The notes: generated from the letters alone by a model not told the origin. Shown: positions 29,510 to 39,362, counted from the whole stretch's first letter. The stretch is 61,567 bases of DNA, filler included, from an uncultured Methanosarcinales archaeon (GCA_964434885.1; 12 parts of 12 records of this genome joined end to end with filler, not necessarily neighbours in it); one strand, 5' to 3'. Numbers and translations: made by a program.

Positions 29510-30196
29510 TTAGAGGTTCTTTCGTTTAATTAACAATTGAACAAAATCTTTTTTTAATCTTTTCGCAACAACACATTTTTCCTTATGTTTTTTGGGGTAT
29601 TCAGGTCTGAGTGGGCCGGGGATTATTACAATTTCTTCTTCATATCCAGACACCCAAGAGTAGATTGAATGCAAAACCCCAGTACCTGGTTTTGGTTGCG
29701 GAGGTACAAAATGATTAATAAAAGTAAGAATCTGATTGATTGTTCTAATAAAAGTTATACTCAGTCTCTCTATTTGCTCATCTCCTTCTCTGTAACCTTG
29801 GTGAATCTCTATTTGTTTTTTAAACTCTTCTTCCAACAATAAAGCTTTTTCAAATTCTTTTTTTGCTTTCAATAGTAAGATAATACATTGCTCTTCTTGC
29901 CAAACTCTATTTCTCCAAACTCCATCCTCATCTTGATAAAAATTATATTTTTCATCACCATTTACCGTATGATAAATAAGTTTTTCATGTGTGGGGATAT
30001 CTTCTTCCTCAATAAAATGAAAATGGTCGCCCCCAAGATGTTTTTTTATGTATCTAGCAATGTCTAGGTCATTAAAATCCGTAAGTTTAGCTTCAGTTAA
30101 GTTTTTCACTCCATTTTTAATACAAATAAATTCTCCTGCTTCTTCTTTCCATAATTTTTTTTCAAAGGCTTCTTGTTCTTCTTCAGTTCTGACCAT
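29510..30196 (-). CDS. Hypothetical protein
   Basis: 228-aa ORF; TTTATTTA about 25 nt upstream. Confidence 0.7.
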   Translation of the reverse strand: MVRTEEEQEAFEKKLWKEEAGEFICIKNGVKNLTEAKLTDFNDLDIARYIKKHLGGDHFHFIEEEDIPTHEKLIYHTVNGDEKYNFYQDEDGVWRNRVWQEEQCIILLLKAKKEFEKALLLEEEFKKQIEIHQGYREGDEQIERLSITFIRTINQILTFINHFVPPQPKPGTGVLHSIYSWVSGYEEEIVIIPGPLRPEYPKKHKEKCVVAKRLKKDFVQLLIKRKNL

Positions 30197-30230
30197 AATT
30201 GGATTAAACCAAACTAATAAATAAAGCTTT

Positions 30231-30291
30231 CCTAAAAACCTCCGTTTATTTTATTCTGATATTTTCCGAACAAATAGGTGGTTTTTATAGG
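30231..30291. repeat. Imperfect inverted repeat downstream of the AAA ATPase
   Basis: TAAAAACCTCC (30233-30243) / GGTGGTTTTTA (30277-30287), one mismatch; inner TATTT/AAATA. Confidence 0.45.
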
Positions 30292-30318
30292 GGAGTATAT
30301 TATTTACTAATAAAAATA

Positions 30319-31380
30319 TCAAACACCAAAGCCAATAACCTTAGGTTCCCACTCTTCTTCTTTCTCAGAGCGGTCATAAACATTTATTGCTTGCAATAAG
30401 TCTTTGTCATAGATATAGGTTTCTTCTGGTTGGATTAAGGAATTAGGGGAATCACTTTCAATAAAATATTTGATTCGGTTTAAAGAAGCAAGCTTGAGTA
30501 TTTCTGCGATGTCTGCTCCATTCATTCCTTTATCAAACATTTGGTGAGCTAAATAAGAAACATTTTCAATGTGATATATTTCCCTATCTGCTTTTTTCTC
30601 TTTAGCTTTCATTTGTTTCAAAAAGATATCTTCTACTCCTTCAAGACCAGGTTGGGGGATTTCCAAAACATAATCAAAACGACCAGCTCTTAAGATAGCT
30701 GTATCAATATATTCGATATGATTAGTAGCAGCGACAAAAATTAAGCCTTGATTACTCCCCATTCCATCCATTGTTCTTAACCAAACATTAACACAGCGAT
30801 CTAAAACACCATGAGATTCGTAGCTTCCTCTTTCGCGAAACATTTGCTCTGCCTCATCAACAAATAACATCACTGGTTTATCTGTTTCGGCATGTTTTTG
30901 TTTAGCTAAGGCCAACATCTGTTCTAAGTTCTGTTCTGCTTCTCCCACATATTTGCTAATGATTTGGGTTAAAGGTAATTCCATAAACCAACAATCTAAT
31001 TCTCTGGACATGGCTTTTGCAATCATTGTTTTCCCACAACCAGGAGGACCGTACATTAACAAACCACTGGGTGGTTCAATTCCATAAACAGAATACATTT
31101 GTGGATATTCAATGGCATAACCAAAATGTTTAATTTCATTTAAGATAGAATCTAAACCACCAATATCTTCAAAAGAAGTTTCTTCTTCACTCAAAATGAT
31201 TCCAATACCTTCTTGAACTTTTTCAATTTGTTCTAATTTTTTTTCATACAAGTTAATAATTGTCTTTTGTTCTTTGATAGTTTCTGATTGTTTTTTTAAA
31301 ATGTTAAGATATTGTTGAATAATTTCATCTTTACTTTTTTTTACTGGTAAATTTTTTCCTTCTTCAGCTCTTTCATCCAT
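30319..31380 (-). CDS. Classic-clade AAA+ ATPase with N-terminal coiled coil (CDC48/PAN-like single module)
   Basis: FEDIGGL, GPPGCGKT, SKYVGE pore loop, LFVDEAE, AATN, AILRAGRFD, C-terminal IGF. Confidence 0.92.
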   Translation of the reverse strand: MDERAEEGKNLPVKKSKDEIIQQYLNILKKQSETIKEQKTIINLYEKKLEQIEKVQEGIGIILSEEETSFEDIGGLDSILNEIKHFGYAIEYPQMYSVYGIEPPSGLLMYGPPGCGKTMIAKAMSRELDCWFMELPLTQIISKYVGEAEQNLEQMLALAKQKHAETDKPVMLFVDEAEQMFRERGSYESHGVLDRCVNVWLRTMDGMGSNQGLIFVAATNHIEYIDTAILRAGRFDYVLEIPQPGLEGVEDIFLKQMKAKEKKADREIYHIENVSYLAHQMFDKGMNGADIAEILKLASLNRIKYFIESDSPNSLIQPEETYIYDKDLLQAINVYDRSEKEEEWEPKVIGFGV

Positions 31381-31381
31381 T

Positions 31382-31681
31382 TTAATCAACCACCCTTATT
31401 TTTTTCTCTTTTCCAGAATAATAGAAAGTTCTAATTTCACCACATTGGCCCAGTATTTTTCGCGCTCTAGTTAATTGTTTTACAGCTTTGTCGTAACCAT
31501 CGTTGCTTTTGACTTCATAAATATCCCACTGGTCATTACAAATGCCAACTAAATCTAATTCTCCAGCTACTTGATTGGAATTAGGAAGAGTATATTCAAC
31601 ATTTCTAAGAATTACTTGGTAATTAGCTTTGACTTTTTCTTCTAATTCTTCAATAATTTGGTCGTGTTTAGATTTAGCCAT
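31382..31681 (-). CDS. Small PD-(D/E)XK restriction-endonuclease-like protein
   Basis: GELDLV...IYEVKS...KAVKQL. Confidence 0.75.
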   Translation of the reverse strand: MAKSKHDQIIEELEEKVKANYQVILRNVEYTLPNSNQVAGELDLVGICNDQWDIYEVKSNDGYDKAVKQLTRARKILGQCGEIRTFYYSGKEKKIRVVD

Positions 31682-31692
31682 TTTAGCGAGGT
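31682..31692. promoter_or_regulatory. TTTAGCGAGGT motif copy 3 (abuts the nuclease ATG)
   Basis: Minus strand reads ACCTCGCTAAA-ATG. Confidence 0.6.
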
Positions 31693-31695
31693 TGT

Positions 31696-31827
31696 GTTCT
31701 AAATCACATCATACAAAATAAATTCCCTTGCCAAAGGAGGCGCATTTTTTACCCGATAAGTAACTGAAAGGGTGAAAAATCCCTGCGCCGTGCAAGGTAT
31801 TTATTTTGGTTCTTTTTGATTTAGAAC
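31696..31827. ncRNA. 132-nt nested inverted repeat (rod-like RNA or structured leader candidate)
   Basis: Five stacked helices: GTTCTAAATCA/TGATTTAGAAC, CAAAATAAAT/ATTTATTTTG, CCTTGC/GCAAGG, GGCGCA/TGCGCC, TTTTTTACCC/GGGTGAAAAA. Confidence 0.65.
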
Positions 31828-31861
31828 CTAAGTTTACTAATTATAAAGAACCCTATCAATG

Positions 31862-32723
31862 CTACTTGGGGTGGCCAGGGACAGGGTTCTGTTTCTTTTC
31901 AGTTGCTGTTTTTTTCTTCTCTGCTACCATTTTAATGATTTCATCAGCATGTCTGATAGTGTGATCGGCAATAGATATTATTTCATTGGAAGGAACAGCC
32001 ATTACTAATTCAGAATTAAGTCCTCGACCATTCAAAATATAAGCTCGAACTAAACCCATCCACACATATTTGTTTCCTCGTTTAGCAAAAAAGGGCCCTC
32101 CAGAATTACCTTGCATAATGCGAACACTTAAGATATTAGTTTTAATTCCTCGGAAATTACGCAAAGGATTACTAACTACTCCTTTAGTCATAGCTTTGAA
32201 CATTCCACCAGGAAAACCAGCAACATATATTTCTTCTCCATATTTCAAACTACTAGAATCTCCAAAATATGAATTACCTAAAACATTAATTTTTTGTTTA
32301 GTTCTTAATACTGCTAGATCTTTAATTGGGTCTTCGTAAACCAATTCAAGTTTGATATCATCGCTAGTGTCTTGATCAAATTTGGAATCAATAATTGAAG
32401 TTAAAGTTTTTCCTCGATGAAAAACCAATGGGCCATAACGATGTTTTTTCCCACCTAAAACATGGCGATTAGTAATTAAATAATAATATTCTCCTGCTTT
32501 TCGATAGCCAAAGCCGGAACCTAAAAAACTTTTTTGTAAATTTAAACCTTCTTTGGTTTTATATTCTGCCTTCACCCTAAGACAATAGGAAGTATCAATT
32601 AATTGGTCTAACGAATTAGCTTGGTGGTTACCTTGTAACATGATTCTATTTTTTTCATGGTACTCTTGTGGTTTAATGACAGAACAACAACTGCTAGCTC
32701 CAAGTAAACTAGCAGCAGCAATA
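31862..32723 (-). CDS. Trypsin-like serine protease, probable lipoprotein (5' truncated)
   Basis: GSGF, ITNRHV, DLAVL, GNSGGP; frame extends upstream as IAAASLLGASSCC. Confidence 0.88.
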
Positions 32724-32823
32724 NNNNNNNNNNNNNNNNNNNNNNNNNNNNNNNNNNNNNNNNNNNNTTAATTAATTAANNNNNNNNNNNNNNNNNNNNN
32801 NNNNNNNNNNNNNNNNNNNNNNN

Positions 32824-33122
32824 TAAAAGCTTTAGCCTTATTTGGGATTTATCTTTTAGTGAGGGTAGGAGTAATTTTCTTTGTATTTAGAGGAATTAAA
32901 GAAAGAAAATTCAAAGAAAAGATCTTTATGTCTTTGAACTCATCTAAAGGGGTAGCCGTAGCCACCGTAGTTTTTTTGCTAGTGGCTCAAGGTATTGGTG
33001 GTAAAAGCTTGATTGATTTAGGAGTATTATTCATCTTGTATTCATTGATACTTAGCACCATAATTGCTAAAAGTAATAGGTACTTTTTAAAATTTAAAAA
33101 ACCAACCTCTTCTACGAAATGA
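32824..33122 (+). CDS. Cation:proton antiporter C-terminal fragment
   Basis: LLVRV...SKGVAVATVV, TM-rich; may be the 3' end of the gene begun at 19384. Confidence 0.6.
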
Positions 33123-34366
33123 TACTGGAAACTGCGTTATTAAAAAATTTTTTAGTTGCCTTAGCACTAGGAGCATTAATTGGTTTGGAAAGAGAGTATT
33201 CTCAATACAAAGGCAAATACAAATCTTTTGCTGGAATTAGAACTTTTCCTTTAATTGCCTTGTGTGGTAGTTTAATTGCTTATCTGGGTAAGATAGTTTC
33301 GGTTTGGATTTTAATTGTTGGAACTTTAATTTTTTCCGGATTGATTATTGCTGCTTATTATTCTTCTTCTGTTAAATCAAAATATCATGGCATTACCACC
33401 GCTTTAGCTGCGCTAATGGCTTTTATTTTAGGAATAATTACCATCCATGGTCCGATGATTTTAGCAGTTTTAGTTGGTATCGTGGTGGCTGTCTTATTAT
33501 ATGCTAAAAATTTTCTTCATCATTTTGCTAAGAAAATAAAAAAAGAAGAGTTAGTAGATACCTTAAAATTCGCAGTTATTGCTTTTGTAATTCTTCCTTT
33601 TCTACCTAACCAAGGATATGGCCCACATCAAATCTTTAACCCTTTTATTATTTGGTTAATGGTGGTTTTTATCTCTGGAATTAGTTTTGCTGGTTATATT
33701 CTGATGAAATGGTTTGGGGAAAGAGGAATAGAATTGGCCGGTGTTTTTGGAGGTTTAGTTAGTAGTACTGCAGTAACCACTAGTTTCGCAGAGCGAAGTA
33801 AGAAAGAGAAAAAAATCTTGTTTTCTTTAGTATTGGGAGTAGTTTTAGCTAACTCAATTATGTTTATTAGAATTTTGATAGAAGTATTTGTCATCAACCG
33901 AACTTTATTGAACAAAATGATTATTCCTCTTGGAATTTTATTTTTAGTTTCCTTAATTTTTTCTGGTCTTCTTTTTCGTAAAGCCATTCAAGTCAAAAAA
34001 CATAAATTAATTTTGGGCTCTCCATTTACATTAAAACCTGCTCTGAAATTTGGTTTATTTTTTGCTGTAATTTTAGCTTTAGTTAAATTAGCTGATGTTT
34101 ATTTATCTACCAAAGGAGTATACTTAGTTAGTTTCATTTCTGGTTTTGCTGATGTAGATGCCATTACTGTCTCTTTATCTCAATTAGCTAAAAAAGATTT
34201 GGCTATGGCAATTGCTCAAAAAGGAATCTTAATCGCTGCCCTAACCAATGTTGCTGTCAAGGGAGGAATCGCTTATTTCTTCGGCTCTAAAGAATTTGGT
34301 AGAATTGTTTTAGCCCTCTACTTTGTTTTAATCTTGATTGGCGCAGGGGTTATTTGGTTGTTTTAA
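33119..34366 (+). CDS. MgtC/SapB family protein with DUF4010
   Basis: IGLERE, AGIRTF, GITT, GGLVSSTAVT, DVDAIT. Confidence 0.92.
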   Translation: MILETALLKNFLVALALGALIGLEREYSQYKGKYKSFAGIRTFPLIALCGSLIAYLGKIVSVWILIVGTLIFSGLIIAAYYSSSVKSKYHGITTALAALMAFILGIITIHGPMILAVLVGIVVAVLLYAKNFLHHFAKKIKKEELVDTLKFAVIAFVILPFLPNQGYGPHQIFNPFIIWLMVVFISGISFAGYILMKWFGERGIELAGVFGGLVSSTAVTTSFAERSKKEKKILFSLVLGVVLANSIMFIRILIEVFVINRTLLNKMIIPLGILFLVSLIFSGLLFRKAIQVKKHKLILGSPFTLKPALKFGLFFAVILALVKLADVYLSTKGVYLVSFISGFADVDAITVSLSQLAKKDLAMAIAQKGILIAALTNVAVKGGIAYFFGSKEFGRIVLALYFVLILIGAGVIWLF

Positions 34367-34737
34367 TAAGAAACAACTTTAACATCTTCTTTTTCTTCTT
34401 CCACTTCTTCCTGCTTTTCTCTCAAACTAGATAACTTAGCCAAATCAATCACTGGTTCTTCTGCTGTTTTTTCAGTTTGGGTAGAATTATCTCCAAACAT
34501 ATTTACAAATGCATTCTGGTTAGCACCACCAACATCACCATTCCCTGTATTGTTTGTATTATTCAAATCACTAGTTGAAGAATCACCTAAACCACTAAAC
34601 ACATCATTATCTGAAAAAGCATCTTTTCTAGAAGATAAAAACTCATTCTTTTCATTATTAACTATATTAGAAAGCAAATTGATGACTTTATGTATCTCTT
34701 CTTTAGAATCCTCTTTTGTATCGATCGTGATTTTCAT
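34363..34737 (-). CDS. Hypothetical protein
   Basis: MKITIDTKEDSKEEI N-terminus; low-complexity middle. Confidence 0.7.
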   Translation of the reverse strand: MKITIDTKEDSKEEIHKVINLLSNIVNNEKNEFLSSRKDAFSDNDVFSGLGDSSTSDLNNTNNTGNGDVGGANQNAFVNMFGDNSTQTEKTAEEPVIDLAKLSSLREKQEEVEEEKEDVKVVSY

Positions 34738-34752
34738 AACAATAGTAAATTT

Positions 34753-34989
34753 TCAAGGTTTATAATCTTTTCTTTTGAGTTCTTCTATGGATTTATCAAC
34801 ATAAGTCTGTATTTCCTCAGGAAGTTTCCCCAATACCAAATCTTTATATTGGTCCGGTGTTCCATTTAATCTTAACTGTAAATATAAACCAATAACTTTT
34901 TTGATAGTGTCTTCTTTTCCAAGAGCAGAAGGGTTTTGAATTAAATTTACTCCTAATTCTTCCACTTTACCATCTAAACTCTTTTTCAT
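34753..34989 (-). CDS. Small hypothetical protein
   Basis: MKKSLDGKVEEL... Confidence 0.55.
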   Translation of the reverse strand: MKKSLDGKVEELGVNLIQNPSALGKEDTIKKVIGLYLQLRLNGTPDQYKDLVLGKLPEEIQTYVDKSIEELKRKDYKP

Positions 34990-35049
34990 AACCAAAGAAT
35001 TAAACAACAATTTATTAAGATTTACTTTCTCTAGAATATATAAATTAAT

Positions 35050-35427
35050 TTATTTAACCAAAACACCATTAACAGTGTCAGCTTGACCTGGTCTAGAAGT
35101 AATTTTCACTTTTCCTAATTTAGTTTCCACAATTGCCCCTTTAGTAAGGATGTTTCGTCTAACTAAGTTTGGATTGGCTGGATTTTCTAAAACATTCACA
35201 ATTTCAGTTTTTTGGGTTTTTCCTTTAGAATCTGTAACACTAACTTCTTTTGCTGACAAAAGAACTTTCTTTTGGTTTCCCCCAATAGTTCTAATTTTTT
35301 TAACTTTCTTTTCTTTTAACAAAGTTAAAGTTGGCTTACGAGCTAATTCGTCCTTCCTTTTAGTTCTAGCTGAATGGTATCTTCCACCAGATACTTTTCT
35401 TTTAGATTTTGTTTGTGCTCTTGCCAT
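35050..35427 (-). CDS. rps8e: 30S ribosomal protein eS8
   Basis: KRKVSGG, RTIGGN, NPAN...RRNILTKGAI, ITSRPGQ. Confidence 0.97.
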   Translation of the reverse strand: MARAQTKSKRKVSGGRYHSARTKRKDELARKPTLTLLKEKKVKKIRTIGGNQKKVLLSAKEVSVTDSKGKTQKTEIVNVLENPANPNLVRRNILTKGAIVETKLGKVKITSRPGQADTVNGVLVK

Positions 35428-35461
35428 ATTTTATGTTTAAAATTGAGTTGGTTTAAAAAGA

Positions 35462-37327
35462 TTACTCTTTTTCTTTCCCATTAATCCTTTCAAAGATATT
35501 TTTCTTGCCATTCCAATCCAATGCTTCTGCTAAAACTTCTTCAATGGTCTCTACTGGAACAATCTTGATTTTCTTCGCTTTATTCTTATCCAAAACAATA
35601 TCTTTCATATTGCTTTTGGGTACAATAACCGTTTTAATGCCTGCATCTACTGCTGCTTCGACTTTACTACTTACTCCCCCAATTGGTAATACTTTCCCTC
35701 GCACTGACAATGAACCAGTCATGGCTACATCTTGTTTAATTGGAACTTCTTTCAAAGCAGAAATGATTGAAGTAGCCACCGCAATACTAGCAGAATCTCC
35801 TTCTACTCCTTCATGAGTCTGTAAAAATTGAACAAAAATATCTCTGGTTTCTTTAATATCTTCTCCAAAGTATTTCATTACGATTGCTGAAACATTTTTA
35901 ACTGCTTCTTTTGCAATCTCTCCTAGTTTTCCAGTTGCAATAATCTCAGATTTCTTACCTCCCATTGTTACTTCAGATTCAATTGGTAATAATATTCCAG
36001 AATATGCTGCTCCCGAACCAATTACTGCTAAACCATTAACTCGACCAATTCTTTTTCCTTTAGTCACAATTACTTCATATTCTTTTTTCTTTTCAATCAT
36101 ATCATCAGCCATTTGCTGTTCTAATGGTCTAGCTAATTTCTTAGCTTGTTGAACATGTCTTCTTTCTACCAAATTAGCTTTCTTTTCTTTAGCTAAATCT
36201 CCCGCTGCTCTAACTAATCCACCTAACCCCCTTAACCTTAAGGTCAGATGTCCTTTTCGATTAGCTCTTCTTCTTGCTTCTTGCAGGATTTCTAAGACTG
36301 CTTCTCGAGAGAAGTGAGGAATTTTACCTTTTTCTTTTTCCACTTCTTGAGCTACAAAACGAGCAATTTTCCTTCTGTTGTCTGGAGTATCTTTCATGGT
36401 GTCTTTCATATAAATTTCATAACCATAACCCCTAATTCTAGATCTCAAAGCAGGATGCATATTTTTGATAGTATCTACATTTCCTGCTGCAATTAAAATA
36501 AAATCACAAGGTACTGGTTCACTTCTAACCATTGAACCAGAACTTCTTTCTGATTGTCCTGTAATTGGAAATTTCTTTTCTTGTAAAGCTGATAACAATT
36601 CTTGTTGCGTTCTTGGATGTAATGTGGCAATTTCATCAATAAACAAAACTCCTTTGTTAGCTTTATGGATTAGTCCAGCAACTACTCTTAAATTAGCAGG
36701 AGTCCCTAATCCTCCACTTTGGAAAGGATCGTGTAAACAATCTCCTAATAATGCTCCAGCATGGCTACCTGTTGCATCATAAAACGGAGATTTCTTTTGA
36801 TCAAAATTATCTACTATCAATTTGGGGTTTTGAATCTTTGATTGACCCAGGTTCATTCTTGGGCCCATATTTAATAAAAATACTAGGCCTACTAAGAATA
36901 ACATTCCTCCCAGAAAAAATGCTGTAAACATCAAATCAGATTTGTATGTGTGTCTAATCCACCAAGGGGCAATCATAGCCGCAATAGCTAATATGAAAAA
37001 CAAAAAATTATAATTTTTAAACAATTGTTTTGCTTGTAATTGTGATTTTTGAACTTCTTCTCTTCCTGTACCTGCTTGAAGAGTTTTAATTAATGGCATA
37101 TTTTCATCATTTGGGTTAGGCAAAGAAATAATGTCTTGGAGTTTCTCTTTCGGCAACAATTCTGCTAAAGCTACTCCTAACATTGACTTCCCAGTACCAG
37201 GTTCTCCAATTAGTAAGATATGTCTTCTTTGGAGAGCAGTTTTATGTATTAAATCAACTGCCTCATCTTGACCAATAACTTGATCAATGACTTTTTTAGG
37301 TACTTTAATTTCTTTTGTGGTTTTCAT
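35462..37327 (-). CDS. lonB: Archaeal membrane-anchored Lon protease LonB
   Basis: GEPGTGKS, two TM helices, LFIDEI, EGDSAS, GGVSSK. Confidence 0.97.
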   Translation of the reverse strand: MKTTKEIKVPKKVIDQVIGQDEAVDLIHKTALQRRHILLIGEPGTGKSMLGVALAELLPKEKLQDIISLPNPNDENMPLIKTLQAGTGREEVQKSQLQAKQLFKNYNFLFFILAIAAMIAPWWIRHTYKSDLMFTAFFLGGMLFLVGLVFLLNMGPRMNLGQSKIQNPKLIVDNFDQKKSPFYDATGSHAGALLGDCLHDPFQSGGLGTPANLRVVAGLIHKANKGVLFIDEIATLHPRTQQELLSALQEKKFPITGQSERSSGSMVRSEPVPCDFILIAAGNVDTIKNMHPALRSRIRGYGYEIYMKDTMKDTPDNRRKIARFVAQEVEKEKGKIPHFSREAVLEILQEARRRANRKGHLTLRLRGLGGLVRAAGDLAKEKKANLVERRHVQQAKKLARPLEQQMADDMIEKKKEYEVIVTKGKRIGRVNGLAVIGSGAAYSGILLPIESEVTMGGKKSEIIATGKLGEIAKEAVKNVSAIVMKYFGEDIKETRDIFVQFLQTHEGVEGDSASIAVATSIISALKEVPIKQDVAMTGSLSVRGKVLPIGGVSSKVEAAVDAGIKTVIVPKSNMKDIVLDKNKAKKIKIVPVETIEEVLAEALDWNGKKNIFERINGKEKE

Positions 37328-37336
37328 CTTTTAATC

Positions 37337-37385
37337 AACTGATTAGTTAATTACATTAATAATTACTTCAGTAACTAATTAGTTA
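37337..37385. promoter_or_regulatory. Two related palindromes in the lonB leader (candidate operators)
   Basis: AACTGATTAGTT (37337-37348) and TAACTAATTAGTTA (37372-37385). Confidence 0.55.
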
Positions 37386-37444
37386 ACATTTCAAGAAGAA
37401 TGCTATTTAAAAAGATTGTGTTTTTTTACTATTAAGTAAGAAAG

Positions 37445-38514
37445 TTAATTTGGTGGTGGGCTTCTCTTTGCTTTACTTTTTCTCAAATTTCTCAATCTAA
37501 ATTTAACATTTTTTAAACGATTAAAGATATTTTTATCTTTCGGATTTTCTCTCAAAAAATAAAGTGTTTTAACATTCCCATATTTTAAATGAAATTGATT
37601 TAAATCATTCAGCAAAGGAACTTGATAAGAATGACTTTTTTCCATTCTAATAAATCTCTCTACTGAAAAAAATCTTTCTTTCAATCCTTTTTTATTTAAC
37701 TCCTTCTTACTTTCTTCAACTGGAGCCATTGGTTTATTTTCAGTTACCGGAATAACTACTCTTTTATTGCCTGCAGATTGAATTACCTTTTTCCACTGCC
37801 CTTGTTCTATCTTTTCTCCTTTCTCTTTCTCTTCTCCTGGTTGATAAATTACGTTTCCATTTTGTTGCGATAAAACCCGTTGACTTTTTCGATATAACCA
37901 TAAAATTATTACTATTAACAATATTGATCCAAGTGCAAATAAGACCACATTTAAATTCAATTTAATTTCCTTTTTCAAACCTTTGGGTTGTTGTAAGACA
38001 ACTTTTGTTTGATTGCCAGTGTTATCCAAATAAATAGTTCGGTGGGAATTGGCTTGGTAATTTTCAAATCCTACTTGCACTTGGAATTTGTAGTTGCCAG
38101 TAGGTAAATTCTTAGGTAACCAAATTTTGGTTTTTTCTGTTTTCTCTTCAAATGAACCCAAATAAATTGTATCTCTACCTGAACTCACTTTCTTCCCTTC
38201 TTTCTCTAACCAGAAATCAATTATTACATCTCCACTGATATTGGCCATTCCTTTTATGAAATAAGTAAACTTCAGTAAATCATCTTTTCCTATTGGAGAT
38301 TCAATATCAATTATTTTTACATCAAACAATTTTACACATTTATTATAATAACAGGTTTTATCTTCTGGACAATGATCATTACTTGTACATTCTGGTATCT
38401 CTGCAGCAAATGCTTTTTGAGGTTCTTTTATTTCAGCAGATCTACTGCTTCCCCCACCTCCTCCGCCACCAGTTGTGCCAGGGCTGGAAGTAGGCGCAGC
38501 TTGAGTTCCCCTAA
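37445..38514 (-). CDS. Cell-surface protein C-terminal part (Gly linker, 4-Cys module, Ig-like domain, TM anchor)
   Basis: Frame open to the contig edge: GGGGGGG...CTSNDHCPEDKTCYYNKC...LPTGNY...TM. Confidence 0.72.
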
Positions 38515-38614
38515 NNNNNNNNNNNNNNNNNNNNNNNNNNNNNNNNNNNNNNNNNNNNTTAATTAATTAANNNNNNNNNNNNNNNNNNNNNNNNNNNNNN
38601 NNNNNNNNNNNNNN

Positions 38615-38835
38615 GATGCCCCTTCCATAAAACCTTGTTCCACGTTGTCCATTTCATCTTCGTCTTCCATAACTTCTCTTCCTTCTTGAGTATAAGGGTC
38701 TTCTTCTTTGGTTCCAGTATGAAAGTCGTCTTTAATTTCTTCAGTAGTTTCTTTAGGTAATATTCCTTGTTCTTCGGCTGGATAATCTTTGCTTTCATCA
38801 ACGTTAGATTTCACTTTCTTTTTTTTAGTTTCCAT
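38615..38835 (-). CDS. Acidic hypothetical protein (3' truncated)
   Basis: DPYTQEGRE...EQGFMEGA. Confidence 0.6.
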
Positions 38836-38888
38836 ATTCTTAGGAAATAGTTTTAATATAAAAGGATTTGGGTTTTAGACAGGTAATC

Positions 38889-39362
38889 TTATTTAGGTTT
38901 GACTAATCCAGCAATAACTTCTCCAGAAAAAAAACCAGGAATTTCCATTTTCCATTTACCTGAATAGGCCTTAGGAGTCTCACGAGTTCCTTGGTAGTTT
39001 AATTTTAAAACTAAATCTTGATTCGATCGATTAACAAATTGATAATAGTATTGATCCATTTTTTTAATAAACATCCCATCATAGTATTTGTTAATTTTTT
39101 TCTCTTCAACTACTGGAAACCCATTTGAACCATTTAATAAAGAATTCCTGACAAAAAGAAATAATCCTTGGTTAACTATCATTTCTACTTCACTATTGTT
39201 AATATGGGTAATCCCTGTTCCAGGAGTTAAATAAGCCGGAACTTCTGGAAATTTTAGTTTAGCATGAAGATTATCCTCTTCAATACTGACTTGGGATAGA
39301 TATCTAGCTTGAGGAAGATACATCTCCAATAATTCGTTGGTTTGCTTATCTGGTAATTTCAT
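38889..39362 (-). CDS. FcoT-like hotdog-fold thioesterase (tentative)
   Basis: LEMYLPQARYL and THINNSEVEMIVNQ resemble the FcoT H.N..E.....NQ pattern. Confidence 0.5.
   Translation of the reverse strand: MKLPDKQTNELLEMYLPQARYLSQVSIEEDNLHAKLKFPEVPAYLTPGTGITHINNSEVEMIVNQGLFLFVRNSLLNGSNGFPVVEEKKINKYYDGMFIKKMDQYYYQFVNRSNQDLVLKLNYQGTRETPKAYSGKWKMEIPGFFSGEVIAGLVKPK

Noticed and set aside
31696..31827. RNase P RNA, SRP RNA, hammerhead ribozyme or 23S mimic
   Set aside because: Lacks GAGGAAAGUCC, the SRP helix-8 motif and the CUGANGA core. The loop's resemblance to 23S GATAAGTGCTGAAAG is short and in a different structural context.
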